Assembly (NCBI GenBank): GCA_046582655.1
Contig: JAYGDX010000413.1
Location: 84,130-148,129, forward strand
DNA from: Candidatus Poribacteria bacterium
GTDB taxonomy: Bacteria > Poribacteria > WGA-4E > UBA9662
Direction: 5' to 3'
Length of the DNA stretch: 64,000 nucleotides
Below, in pieces: positions 52,455 to 62,944 of this stretch. Position 1 is the first letter of the stretch. Every line of letters begins with the position of its first letter. The notes beneath the pieces are model-generated. The model saw only the letters and a program-made list of their open reading frames with translations, searched no databases and was not told the origin of the DNA. A program made the position numbers and the translations under genes.

Positions 52455-53360
52455 CCGATTACTTGGTTTTTGTAACCCAAGCGATCAGTACATCGAAAGT
52501 GGTGATGCTATGCCAGATGCCCTCCGCCAGCTTGACACCCAAATTACGCAATCTCGGATTCTGATCGCACACTCCGATGGGATAGTCGGCGGATTCCGTG
52601 CCATAGTTTAGCCCGCCCTGCCGAAACCAATGGACTCTGTTTTTAAATCGACTTATGAATTCTTTAGTATTATCGTCCAAAATATTGAATCTGTTATTGT
52701 CGCAACGTGTGGTGATCTGAAATCTCCATCGGATTTAGAAGACCCGCTTACTATTCACCGCGTGGTGTTAAAAGCTGGCGAATTTCTAAATCACACTGAC
52801 AGTGGCTTGGAAATTACACCTCAGTGCAATGTCCCAATGGGTTCTGGTTTAGACTCCAGCAACGTTCTTTCTTTCCCCAGAGTCGTCGGGCAGTCTAGAA
52901 ACTGACTGGTACTGAACGGACAAACGAGCAACTTTTTACCCAAGTTTTGTCTGTGAAACAAATGCTAGGGACAGGGCGCGGTTAGCAATATCGAGGATTT
53001 ACAATGGATCAGATAGAGGTCTGCTAAGATCATATGAAAATCGAAGATCTCCTTTTGATTGTTTATTCTGGGCAGCAACGTGTGGGCAAAACACCCTTGA
53101 ACTTGTTTGTTGGTAGCAGATTGGCCATCACGCCGACCTGACCTCGTTGTTAGGCTGGTACAGTTACGTGAAGATGCTACTGACATGATTTCTACATTAG
53201 CTTAAGGGAGACTCAGAGAAATTCGGTTATCTGCTTATACATTACTTCGAATATAAAGAAACTGAGTGCAAACACGACAAATGCTACAATTGATCAGTTA
53301 ACAGAATCGGCACCCAAACTGTGCTCTGGTTAGAGTATCGCTAGTAAAGGTGGAGGGGGA
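52455..53360 (+). pseudogene. Heavily deleted bifunctional fucokinase/fucose-1-phosphate guanylyltransferase (fkp-like) remnant
   Basis: Fragments 'RILIAHSDG/DSRRIPCHS' (pyrophosphorylase motif), 'GLEITPQCNVPMGSGLDSS' (GHMP motif), 'QVLSVKQMLGTGRG', 'YSGQQR', in different frames with stops. Confidence 0.65.
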
Positions 53361-53405
53361 AAATCAACATTTTTATACTTATTAAGGAAAATAGCATAAA
53401 AAATA

Positions 53406-53434
53406 TTGCAGCACCTGTAAGCTTATGATACTAT
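53406..53434 (+). promoter_or_regulatory. Putative sigma70 promoter of moaA-suf
   Basis: TTGCAG-N17-TACTAT with extended TG. Confidence 0.45.
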
Positions 53435-53469
53435 TAAGGTATCATCGGTAGCAGCTCCATTATAAAGAT

Positions 53470-54468
53470 ATGGGACAAGGACATTTAGTCGATCGTTTTA
53501 ACCGGATTGCCACGAATCTGCGTGTTTCTGTAACGGATGTCTGTAATCTGCGATGTACATACTGTATGTCGGAAGACATGCAGTTTATTGACAAATCTAA
53601 GATTATGACGTTTGATGAAATCGACCAACTCATTCGAATCGCTGTTGGCCTTGGGGTTAATAAGGTTCGGATTACCGGTGGAGAGCCACTCGTCCGACCT
53701 AATTTATCTGACCTGATACTAAGAGTTCTAGAGATCGATGGTATCAAGGATGTCAGTCTAACAACCAATGGTATAGGTTTAGCAAAACAAGCGCAAGCTC
53801 TCTATGATGCGGGGTTGCGCCGTATTAATGTTAGTCTTGACGCCCTAAGCGAAGCAAAATTTGAACAGATAACACGTCGAAAAGCACTGACAAAAGTTTT
53901 AGAAGGACTGAAAGAAGCAAACCGATGCGGTTTTAATCCAATTAAGATCAACGCAGTTACAATGCGCGGATTTACTGAGGAAGAAGTTGTAAAATTAGTT
54001 TCGTTTGCACGTAAAAATTCTTATGAGATGCGTTTTATCGAGTTTATGCCACTTGATGCAGATGATATCTGGGGACGAAATATGTTTGTGCCAAAAAAAG
54101 AATTGGTAGATAAAATCAGCGAACTCTATCCTCTTGAGCCTATCGAAAGTAGTTCCACGCTAAAGCATGAAACGGCAAAAAACTACCAGTTTAAGGATGG
54201 AATCGGCCGAGTCGGTTTTATTTCTTCGGTCAGTGAACCTTTTTGTGATGATTGTAACCGTGTTCGTTTGACTGCAGATGGCAAGTTTCGCAACTGCCTG
54301 TTCGCAACTGAAGAAACGGATTTATTAACACCGCTCCGTAAAGGGGCTTCTGACGAAGTAATTGCTGATATGATGATTGAATCGGTTGCTAAAAAGAAAG
54401 CTGGGCATCTGATCAACTCGGTTGACTTCATTAAGCCTAAACGAAATATGTCAATGATCGGCGGATAG
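53470..54468 (+). CDS. moaA: GTP 3',8-cyclase
   Basis: CNLRCTYC radical SAM motif, CDDCNRVR...C, C-terminal MSMIGG. Confidence 0.96.
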   Translation: MGQGHLVDRFNRIATNLRVSVTDVCNLRCTYCMSEDMQFIDKSKIMTFDEIDQLIRIAVGLGVNKVRITGGEPLVRPNLSDLILRVLEIDGIKDVSLTTNGIGLAKQAQALYDAGLRRINVSLDALSEAKFEQITRRKALTKVLEGLKEANRCGFNPIKINAVTMRGFTEEEVVKLVSFARKNSYEMRFIEFMPLDADDIWGRNMFVPKKELVDKISELYPLEPIESSSTLKHETAKNYQFKDGIGRVGFISSVSEPFCDDCNRVRLTADGKFRNCLFATEETDLLTPLRKGASDEVIADMMIESVAKKKAGHLINSVDFIKPKRNMSMIGG

Positions 54469-54545
54469 AGAAAGGCTGAAAATTAAAGTTTTTTTGCCAT
54501 GCAAGTACGAATTTCGAAAAGTTAAGGGAAGCATATCTAAATCAA

Positions 54546-55370
54546 ATGAGTGATGAATTAGTCATTAAAAATTTACACGTGAGCGTATCAGGGGAAGAAA
54601 TTCTGAAAGGGCTTTCGGTAGCAATCAAATCTGGCGAAATCCATGCACTAATGGGACCGAATGGTTGTGGGAAAAGTACGCTTGCTAACACTCTAATGGG
54701 ACATCCTAACTATGATGTTGACTCTGGCAACGCGACTTTTAATGGGATCGACATTTTGGAACTTGAACCAGATGAGCGTGCCAAATTAGGATTGTTTTTA
54801 GCCTTTCAATACCCAACAGCAATTCCTGGCGTAACATTGGCAAACTTTCTTCGAATGGCGGTTAGCGCTGTTCGAACTGTAGAGAACAACGATTCTGCAA
54901 CAACGCCACTGGTTCCAATGCGAGAGTTTCGCAAAGAACTCAGGGAAAAAATGAAAAATATGGGCGTTGATGATTCATTCGCGCGTCGTTATCTCAATGA
55001 TGGACTTTCCGGTGGAGAAAAGAAAAGAGCTGAGGTATTACAACTTGCCATGCTTGAACCAAAAATTGCGGTTCTTGATGAAACTGATTCTGGCCTTGAT
55101 ATTGATGCAATTAAAGTAGTCGGAGAAAATGTCAATCGGCTTGTAGGCCCAGATCTTGGCATATTGATTATTACACATTATCCAAGACTTTTGAATTACA
55201 TTAAACCCGATTTTGTCCATGTAATTCTGGATGGTAGAATCGTTGAATCTGGTGGGTGGGAACTTGCCGAGATTCTTGAAGCAGAAGGTTATGAAGCTAT
55301 ACGCGAAAAACATGGAATTGAATTTATTACACAAACGAATCCAAATCTCGACACCTCAATTCAAATATAA
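54546..55370 (+). CDS. sufC: Fe-S assembly ATPase SufC
   Basis: MGPNGCGKSTL, FLAFQYP, SGGEKKR, LDETDSGLDIDA. Confidence 0.97.
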   Translation: MSDELVIKNLHVSVSGEEILKGLSVAIKSGEIHALMGPNGCGKSTLANTLMGHPNYDVDSGNATFNGIDILELEPDERAKLGLFLAFQYPTAIPGVTLANFLRMAVSAVRTVENNDSATTPLVPMREFRKELREKMKNMGVDDSFARRYLNDGLSGGEKKRAEVLQLAMLEPKIAVLDETDSGLDIDAIKVVGENVNRLVGPDLGILIITHYPRLLNYIKPDFVHVILDGRIVESGGWELAEILEAEGYEAIREKHGIEFITQTNPNLDTSIQI

Positions 55371-55409
55371 AATCCAAATATAGAATCTGAGCATTAAAGA
55401 AGGTGAAAA

Positions 55410-56813
55410 ATGGCAACAAATATGTCTGAAGTTGGCATCAGTGACTACAAATATGGTTTTCACGATGACGTAGCGCCGGTTTTCAAATCCCGCAAAGGTT
55501 TAAACAAAGAAATTATTCATCAGATATCGGATATGAAGGATGAACCAGATTGGATGCTTGAATTCCGACTCGAAGCATATGAAATATTTAAAGCAAAACC
55601 TGATGTCAAGTGGGGTGGACATCTCGCATCACTTGATTTTAATGATATATACTACTACGTGAAAGCCACTGACCGAACTGAACGTAATTGGGAAGATGTA
55701 CCGGAAGATATCAAGAATACCTTCGATCGACTTGGGATTCCTGAAGCCGAGCGTAAGTTTCTGGCTGGCGTCGGTGCCCAGTATGATTCTGAAGTTGTTT
55801 ACCATAGTGCCCGAGAAGAATTTGAGAAAATAGGTGTGCTTTTTCTCGATACGGATACCGCATTAAAAGAACACCCCGAAATTTTCCGTGAATATTTCGG
55901 AACAGTAATACCATCCTTGGACAATAAGTTTGCAGCGCTGAATAGCGCCGTTTGGAGTGGGGGAAGTTTTATCTATGTGCCTCCGGGAGTGAAAGTTGAC
56001 TATCCACTTCAAGCATATTTTCGAATTAATACTGAGAATATGGGACAATTTGAGCGGACATTGATTATCGTGGACGAAGGTGCAGAAATTCATTATGTCG
56101 AAGGGTGCACCGCGCCAACCTACTCAAGTGAATCCTTACACAGTGCAGTCGTTGAAATTATCTGTAAGCCACATTCTCGTGTTCGCTATACGACGATCCA
56201 GAACTGGTCTGGAAATGTCTATAATCTGGTAACAAAACGCGCCATGGCCTACGAAGGTGCAACCATGGAATGGGTCGATGGTAATCTTGGCAGTAAACTC
56301 ACCATGAAATACCCAAGTGTCTACATGGTTGAAGAAGGGGCACATGGCGAAATCCTCTCAATTGCCTTTTCTGGAGCGAATCAGCATCAGGATGCTGGGG
56401 GGAAAGTGGTACATCTCGCTCCAAACACCACTTCACGAATTATTTCTAAATCAATTAGTAAAAATGGTGGTCGCTCAAGTTATCGGGGATTATTGAAAGT
56501 TGCTAAAAATGCGACTGGTTGCAAATCGCATGTCGTTTGCGATGCGCTTATGCTGGATTCTGATTCGCGCTCCGATACTTATCCAGTTATAGAAGTTGAT
56601 GCTGCAGACGTCACAGTTGAACATGAGGCTCGTGTCAGCAAAATTGGTGAAGAGCAGCTCTTCTATCTGATGAGTCGCGGACTTTCTGAAGAGGAAGCCT
56701 CAGCGATGATTGTGAACGGGTTTATCGAACCACTTGTCAAAGAGCTTCCCATGGAATATGCAGTAGAGATGAACCGTCTGATTCAACTGCAGATGGAAGG
56801 ATCTATTGGCTAA
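55410..56813 (+). CDS. sufB: Fe-S assembly protein SufB
   Basis: 'GQFERTLI', 'YVEGCTAP', 'LHSAVVE', 'ELPMEYAVE', 'EGSIG'. Confidence 0.97.
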   Translation: MATNMSEVGISDYKYGFHDDVAPVFKSRKGLNKEIIHQISDMKDEPDWMLEFRLEAYEIFKAKPDVKWGGHLASLDFNDIYYYVKATDRTERNWEDVPEDIKNTFDRLGIPEAERKFLAGVGAQYDSEVVYHSAREEFEKIGVLFLDTDTALKEHPEIFREYFGTVIPSLDNKFAALNSAVWSGGSFIYVPPGVKVDYPLQAYFRINTENMGQFERTLIIVDEGAEIHYVEGCTAPTYSSESLHSAVVEIICKPHSRVRYTTIQNWSGNVYNLVTKRAMAYEGATMEWVDGNLGSKLTMKYPSVYMVEEGAHGEILSIAFSGANQHQDAGGKVVHLAPNTTSRIISKSISKNGGRSSYRGLLKVAKNATGCKSHVVCDALMLDSDSRSDTYPVIEVDAADVTVEHEARVSKIGEEQLFYLMSRGLSEEEASAMIVNGFIEPLVKELPMEYAVEMNRLIQLQMEGSIG

Positions 56814-56819
56814 CCTCGA

Positions 56820-58166
56820 TTGTCAGATCAGGAGCTTGGATTGGGAGTAAATCAAACTGTAACGGGCGATTTTACCGGTGAATCTGTCGCGAGGATTTCC
56901 AGCTTGCAAAATGAGCCTCCTTGGATGCTTGAGAAGCGAATTCAGGCCTTTCAGGTTTTTGAACAGCTCCCGCTTCCGAAGACAAATAGCGAAAGTTGGC
57001 GTAGAACAGACATTCGGGGACTAGATCTCGAACAGTTTCAATTAGTTATTTCAAATAAGTCCCAACCTAACGGAAAATCCCCTGAGTTTTTCTCAGCTTT
57101 AGAAGAAGAAAAAAGAAACTCAGGATTAATCATTCAGAAAGATGCTGCTGTTGTTTATTCTGCACTTTCAGACACACTTACTGATAAAGGGGTATATTTT
57201 GCCGGATTTAAGGCGGCACTTGATGAACGACCAGATCTTCTGAAAACCTATGTATGCCAGACAATTCAATCAGAGGACAATAAATTCAATGCAATGCATA
57301 ATGCATTTTTGCAAAGCGGTTATGTTTTATATATACCAAAAGGGGTGGTGGTAGATCTTCCCTTACGGGTTATTGTGTCATTATCTGGTGAAGCAATTGC
57401 CGATTTTTCGCATACACTTGTTATTGCCGAAGCTGACAGTCAAGTAACTATTCTCGAAGAGCATCTTTCAGTTGATCAGCAGGAGAAAGGGCTACATTGT
57501 GGTGGCGTTGAAATGTTCCTTGGCCAAAATGCCCTCGTCAATTACGCCCAAATTCAGAATTGGAATAAAAAAGTCTGGAATTTTTCGACACAGAGGGCCA
57601 AGCTTGAACGTGGTGCCAACTTGCGTTGGATTACCACTTCGTTAGGGAGTCGCTTGAGTAAACTAGATCAACTGGTAGAGATGAATGGGGAAGGCAGTCA
57701 TGCTGACCTTCTGGGACTAACCGTGACGCACGCGCGACAACATATCGACATCCACACCTACCAGAAACATGCTGTTTCAAACAGTACAAGCAACTTGCTA
57801 TATCGGAATGTCTTAAAAGATCGATCCCGAACAGTCTGGCGGGGTATGATCGAAGTTCAAAAGGACGCACAAAAGATTGACTCGTATCAGCAAAATGACA
57901 ATTTGATTCTGAGTAAGCAAGCTCGTGCCGATACAATTCCAGGGTTAGAAATCCTAGCTGATGATGTACGTTGTACTCATGGAGCAACAGCTGGAAAGAT
58001 CGATCAAGATCAGATCTTCTACCTGATGAGTCGAGGGTTGTCCTACAACCAAGCTGAGCAACTAATCGTTAATGGTTTTTTTGAATCAGTCTTACAACGA
58101 ATTCCATTAGAATATTTACGTAATCAATTACAAGAATCAATTGCGGGTAAGCTGCAATTGAATTAA
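56820..58166 (+). CDS. sufD: Fe-S assembly protein SufD
   Basis: 'ESWRRTD', 'PGLEILADDVRCTHGAT', 'FYLMSRGL'. Confidence 0.95.
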   Translation: MSDQELGLGVNQTVTGDFTGESVARISSLQNEPPWMLEKRIQAFQVFEQLPLPKTNSESWRRTDIRGLDLEQFQLVISNKSQPNGKSPEFFSALEEEKRNSGLIIQKDAAVVYSALSDTLTDKGVYFAGFKAALDERPDLLKTYVCQTIQSEDNKFNAMHNAFLQSGYVLYIPKGVVVDLPLRVIVSLSGEAIADFSHTLVIAEADSQVTILEEHLSVDQQEKGLHCGGVEMFLGQNALVNYAQIQNWNKKVWNFSTQRAKLERGANLRWITTSLGSRLSKLDQLVEMNGEGSHADLLGLTVTHARQHIDIHTYQKHAVSNSTSNLLYRNVLKDRSRTVWRGMIEVQKDAQKIDSYQQNDNLILSKQARADTIPGLEILADDVRCTHGATAGKIDQDQIFYLMSRGLSYNQAEQLIVNGFFESVLQRIPLEYLRNQLQESIAGKLQLN

Positions 58167-58194
58167 TTATTCCCAAAATTAAGGAGAAAACAAA

Positions 58195-58563
58195 ATGAAC
58201 CAACCAAAAATCATTGGATACATGAAACCCTCTTGTGGATGGAGTCAAGGCGTCCGAGCCGTTCTGCAAAAATACGAATTGGAATATGAAGATCGGGATA
58301 TCATCAATAACCCAAGTAACTATCAAGAAATGGTTGAAAAAACCGGTCAGTCATCCCAACCATGCGTCCAGATTGGTGATGCGATTTTAGCTGATGTGAG
58401 CGGAGAGGAAGTCGAGGCCTATCTGCTTCAAGAAGAAATTGTTAAACCTGTTGAGGAAGATTTAGACGTAGCTACAGACCGCGGATGTTCAGATGAAGAG
58501 CATGCTGCTATGCGTGCTGATGAAGCTACCACTCAGTGGACCAGAAACTTCTCCTCTGAATAG
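58195..58563 (+). CDS. Monothiol glutaredoxin-like protein
   Basis: 'KPSCGWS' (CxxS) and 'GQSSQPCVQIG'. Confidence 0.8.
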   Translation: MNQPKIIGYMKPSCGWSQGVRAVLQKYELEYEDRDIINNPSNYQEMVEKTGQSSQPCVQIGDAILADVSGEEVEAYLLQEEIVKPVEEDLDVATDRGCSDEEHAAMRADEATTQWTRNFSSE

Positions 58564-58656
58564 TACACTGTTTATATTCCCCTTGCTAATCTAAAAGAAA
58601 ATGGGCGGGTTATGCCTATCGCTTGGGGCTTTGTTGAATAAATGAAGGACTGTTCA

Positions 58657-58968
58657 ATGGGTGAGTTTTTCAAGGTTGCCAAGACAAGTGAAATTCCGCA
58701 GGGTGAAAAAAAGCTGGTTGAGGTTGATTTTGTACCAGTTGCTATTTTCAATGTCAGTGGTGAGTACTATGCCATAGAGGATGTGTGTACCCATGATGGT
58801 GGGCCACTTGCTGAAGGTAAATTGGAAGGCGAAGAGATTATGTGTCCCAGACACGGAGCACGCTTCAACGTTAAAACAGGACAAGCTTTATGTATGCCAG
58901 CATTCGAAAGCGTAGAATGCTATGAAGTCAAGATTGAAAATGACGAACTTTATGTCTGTGTTGATTGA
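58657..58968 (+). CDS. Rieske-type ferredoxin
   Basis: CTH...CPRHGARF. Confidence 0.92.
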   Translation: MGEFFKVAKTSEIPQGEKKLVEVDFVPVAIFNVSGEYYAIEDVCTHDGGPLAEGKLEGEEIMCPRHGARFNVKTGQALCMPAFESVECYEVKIENDELYVCVD

Positions 58969-58989
58969 AGTCACACAAGGGAAATAGCT

Positions 58990-59289
58990 ATGGTTACAGA
59001 AGAAGTTGTTCTCGAACAAATAAAGCAGGTTATAGACCCAGACGTTGGTCTAAACATTGTAGATATGGGTTTAATTTACGGCGTTGACATCAACGATGAT
59101 ATTGTCAATATTACCATGACTTTAACTAGCCCAGGTTGCCCAGCAGCACCACAATTATTGAATGGGTCACAAACTGTTGTTCAACAACTAGACGGTGTTG
59201 AGGAAGTGAACATCAATGTTGTTTGGACGCCACGATGGGATCCAGAGATGATGAGCGAAGAAGCAAAAGACGAACTTGGAATCTTTTAA
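58990..59289 (+). CDS. DUF59/SufT (MIP18) Fe-S maturation factor
   Basis: 'VIDPDVGLNIVDMGLIY', 'TLTSPGCP', 'WTPRW'. Confidence 0.92.
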   Translation: MVTEEVVLEQIKQVIDPDVGLNIVDMGLIYGVDINDDIVNITMTLTSPGCPAAPQLLNGSQTVVQQLDGVEEVNINVVWTPRWDPEMMSEEAKDELGIF

Positions 59290-59308
59290 GCGGAGATGGT
59301 GCGGTTAG

Positions 59309-60952
59309 TCATTGAGTAGTAATTCGGATGAGTCCTTCATATGGGGTGATTGGTGCCAAGAAGAGTCGCGCAACTTGGTTACTACCCCCTGTTTGGAAAA
59401 TCTTGTGCTCCGCTTTCCCACCTTCAATTGTGATCCGATCCGTGTTGTTTTGGATGATAGCCAGTTCTTCAGAAAAGAACACAGCATCAGTTTCGCTTAG
59501 ATCCCAGTTGCAATCACCAACGAATAAAGTACCAACCTTCCTTAGACCAAATTCAATGATCAGTGGAATCCTATCCCACCCTTCGGTTGTAAAGTTCAAC
59601 TCAAAACCACCCTCAATCCGGTCGATTTCCATAAAGATCCTGAGATTAAGCACAACCACTTCACGCTTTTTAGGATTAGGTCGAAATACCCACTGAATAG
59701 TTTCACTTTCAGTAAGGTAGGTTTTTTGGTCAACGGTGATTTCTGTCATTAACACATGACGAAATCCTTTATAGACACTGCTGATTAATATACTATCAAT
59801 AGCAATGCTATTATTGTGAAGCGCAAAGAAGTTGCTTTGGTTCCCCATGATAGTTGCAGTTGTCTTGCCAGATCGAATAAATGCAACATTCGACTTTCGG
59901 TAAAACTTTTCGTATTGGTCATCCATCGGTAACCGATGGATCCAATCGTTATCAAGTTCCAACTCCGTCTCAAGAAATTTCCCAACATTGGATGCCACAA
60001 ACAGACGCGAGTTATTGCCGGTTTGAAAATTAGGATCAGGATGATTCAGGTATGGCCGAATTATCCCATTATCAAAACGGTTAAGATATGTGGTTAGTGT
60101 CAAGTCACCAGCCGTCGCGTATAATCCATTCTGATCCACAATTGACATTTTTTTCCAGACAGCATAGCCAGAAGGAAGGCCATTTTCACGGATTTCGCCT
60201 GAGAACTCCGTGGTGACTTCACCATTTGATCGAAACATGTACAGCAAACAATTGAGGTTACGCCGTACAAAATCTAGTAAATCAAGTTGTCCCAACCGTT
60301 CAGCAAAACTTAAAATTGCGGCGTTAATAATCATGCTTGAGGTAGGACTTCGATCTGGATAAAGACCGTCGTCGCTAATTTCAATTCCATCTTGAATGTA
60401 TGATCTTGCTCTTTCTTGGATTTCCAGGTCGTCAAAGAGCCGATCGTATTCAAGAAAAGCTACAGCAATTACAAACTGGTGGTGATTGACAAAAACAGGC
60501 TCGTTTTGAAGTCCATTCATTGCTTTATCCAGAAAGCTCTTTATTTGATCGGGCATACCTTTATCAACAGTTGAATCTCGTATTAGCCATTTATATGCAC
60601 GTAGAAGTGCCAGTGTAGAAACTGCAGTATTTGGCAGAGAAATTGTAGGTTCGCAGAAATACCCGCTGACTGTTCCATCTCGGTGTTGTGACCTAAGCAG
60701 AAATTTGATGGTGAGTTCCATTCGACTCAGCAATTCTTGCTTGTAATGGTATTGAGAATCTGAGTTGACGTAGAGTTGTGTTAAAGTTGATAATATGTTT
60801 GCCGCGGCCCACGGCTCACAAACTAATTTTTCGGGACAACGAAATCCCCCATAGTCCAAGTCTGTTTTCTCCAAAACTTGACTATGCAGTGCCCGACCAG
60901 CATATATTTCGGTAAGTGCCAAAATGGATTTGTAATTGGTTCTCGTGGTCAT
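59309..60952 (-). CDS. Hypothetical protein (helical N-terminus, beta-rich C-terminus; possibly carbohydrate-active)
   Basis: 547 aa ORF downstream of rhaB; no motif recognised with certainty. Confidence 0.6.
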   Translation of the reverse strand: MTTRTNYKSILALTEIYAGRALHSQVLEKTDLDYGGFRCPEKLVCEPWAAANILSTLTQLYVNSDSQYHYKQELLSRMELTIKFLLRSQHRDGTVSGYFCEPTISLPNTAVSTLALLRAYKWLIRDSTVDKGMPDQIKSFLDKAMNGLQNEPVFVNHHQFVIAVAFLEYDRLFDDLEIQERARSYIQDGIEISDDGLYPDRSPTSSMIINAAILSFAERLGQLDLLDFVRRNLNCLLYMFRSNGEVTTEFSGEIRENGLPSGYAVWKKMSIVDQNGLYATAGDLTLTTYLNRFDNGIIRPYLNHPDPNFQTGNNSRLFVASNVGKFLETELELDNDWIHRLPMDDQYEKFYRKSNVAFIRSGKTTATIMGNQSNFFALHNNSIAIDSILISSVYKGFRHVLMTEITVDQKTYLTESETIQWVFRPNPKKREVVVLNLRIFMEIDRIEGGFELNFTTEGWDRIPLIIEFGLRKVGTLFVGDCNWDLSETDAVFFSEELAIIQNNTDRITIEGGKAEHKIFQTGGSNQVARLFLAPITPYEGLIRITTQ

Positions 60953-61004
60953 TATTTCTGGTTTTTAATTTCCATACTGATTATACTAATCTTACAGCTA
61001 ATGT

Positions 61005-62486
61005 TTATGGCAAACCCGTAATTTCTAAAAACCGATTGTAGGCTTGATCCCATTGTTGGCTACCCGTTGGTTCATAATGAATAAGTTTTGATGATTTGGC
61101 AACAATTTCTCGCCCTTCTGCGATAGATCCAATGGTCCCGCTTGAAGTCATCTGAACTAACAAATTACCTATAGAAGTTGCCTCCACTGGCCCAGCGATG
61201 ACTCGACGCTTTGTCGCGTCCGCAGTGAACCGGCAAAGGAGTTCGTTTTGGGTTCCTCCACCGATGATGTGAATGGTACTGATGGTCTCTCCCCTGACAA
61301 ATTCAAGTTTTTCGAGTACCCATCGGTATTTAAGCGCGAGGCTTTCAAGGGCGGATCGTACAACCTCCCCTTTAGTTAACGGCAGATTTTGGTTCGTTTG
61401 TTTACAAAAATCCACAATTCGTGTTGGCATATCACCTGAGGCTAGGAATGAATAGTGGTCCGGATCTATTAAAGCCTTAAAAGGTTCAGCCTGGTCTACA
61501 ATTTGCAAAATCTCATCATACGACATCTGTTCTCCCGACCGTGACCATTTACGACGGCATTCCTGAATAAGCCATAAGCCCATGATATTCTTAAGGAAGC
61601 GGAAGGTATTATTTACTCCACCTTCATTGGTAAAATTCAAATCAAGTGACTGTTCAGTTATGATAGGTTCATCCACCTCAATCCCCATTAGAGACCAAGT
61701 ACCCGAACTAATATAAGCCCAACTTCCATCCAGTACCGGAACTGCTGCCACCGCCGAACCTGTGTCGTGGCAAGCGGGAGCAATCACACGTGTTGGTTGA
61801 AGGGAGGTCTCATCAGTAACAGATGAGAGAATCAGCCCGATGTCCGTCCCAGGCTGAATAATCTCGGGGAATATGCCAAGCGGAATACTCAGGGCTTGAC
61901 ACAGTTCAGCCGACCAATTCTCTTTTCGCGGATCATATAACTGCGTGGTTGTTGCATTGGTAAATTCTGCCACTTTCTGACCGGTTAACCAAAAGTTAAT
62001 CAAATCCGGAATTGTTAGGAATGTTTCGGCAATCCGAAGAAGAGGCGAATTTGCGAGTACCATAGAGTAGAGTTGGTAAACCGTATTGATTTCCATGAAC
62101 TGGCAGCCGCTAAGCTCAAATATTGACTGCCTTGGCATCAGGTCAAATACCTTCTCCAACACACCAGTAGTACGAGAATCTCGATAATGAAAGGGTAAAC
62201 CTATCAGGTGTCCGGATTTGTCGAGTAAACCAAAATCGACGCCCCATGTATCAACGCCAATCGATGCGATGCTAGAACCGTTTCTTGCACAGATCGAGAG
62301 TGTATTTTTAATTTCTCTCCACAAGCTAACGATATCCCAGTGTAAGTTATCAAGAATCCGAATCCCACCATTTGGAAAGCGGTGAAGGACCTCCAGTTTG
62401 ATCTGTGTCCCGTCAAAGCAGCCTAGTATTCCACGACCACTTTCAGCACCCAAATCAAAGGCAAGGAAATTTTTGCTTTTGTTCAT
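61005..62486 (-). CDS. rhaB: Rhamnulokinase family sugar kinase
   Basis: 'AFDLGAESGR', 'GVDTWGVDF', 'HDTGSAV', 'ISSGTWSLMG', 'TNEGG', 'GPVEAT'. Confidence 0.88.
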   Translation of the reverse strand: MNKSKNFLAFDLGAESGRGILGCFDGTQIKLEVLHRFPNGGIRILDNLHWDIVSLWREIKNTLSICARNGSSIASIGVDTWGVDFGLLDKSGHLIGLPFHYRDSRTTGVLEKVFDLMPRQSIFELSGCQFMEINTVYQLYSMVLANSPLLRIAETFLTIPDLINFWLTGQKVAEFTNATTTQLYDPRKENWSAELCQALSIPLGIFPEIIQPGTDIGLILSSVTDETSLQPTRVIAPACHDTGSAVAAVPVLDGSWAYISSGTWSLMGIEVDEPIITEQSLDLNFTNEGGVNNTFRFLKNIMGLWLIQECRRKWSRSGEQMSYDEILQIVDQAEPFKALIDPDHYSFLASGDMPTRIVDFCKQTNQNLPLTKGEVVRSALESLALKYRWVLEKLEFVRGETISTIHIIGGGTQNELLCRFTADATKRRVIAGPVEATSIGNLLVQMTSSGTIGSIAEGREIVAKSSKLIHYEPTGSQQWDQAYNRFLEITGLP

Positions 62487-62504
62487 CTCAATTCTTCTTA
62501 AACA

Positions 62505-62863
62505 TCACAAATCGATTGTTTCAGGTATTGGAAAACTGAAGACAACTAAAATAATCAACTCCTTTTGGCCAATGTTTTTTGTCCAGTGTACAGCACCTTT
62601 GGGGATATGTATACTGTCGCCCTCCAACATATCAAATTCTTGATCCTCAAGAGCCTGCTGGGATTCACCTCGGACAACGTAAATAATCTCTTCAGCGTTC
62701 GGATGGTAGTGATGGCCGTGTCCTTTGCCTACCTGAAACGTAGCGAAACCTGCTGTGAGCTCATTTGAATTGGTGAAATCGCCGTGACATATCCATTTCA
62801 ATTCACAGTGGGAAAGTTAACAATTGGTGCTTGGTCTGCTGTAACAAGAATTTTCTTTTCCAA
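62505..62863 (-). pseudogene. Cupin domain protein with a single frameshift near 62811
   Basis: RBS GGAGA plus TTG at 62863 (MEKKILVTADQAPIVNF) shifts -1 into 'HCELKWICH...HHYHPNAEEIIYV...IHIPKGAVH'. Confidence 0.7.
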
Positions 62864-62944
62864 TTGGTTCTCCAAAATCATTGATCCAGGTAGGATTATA
62901 ACATTTTCATTCTGTCTGAAAAAATGATTTTTCTGATTAAGACA

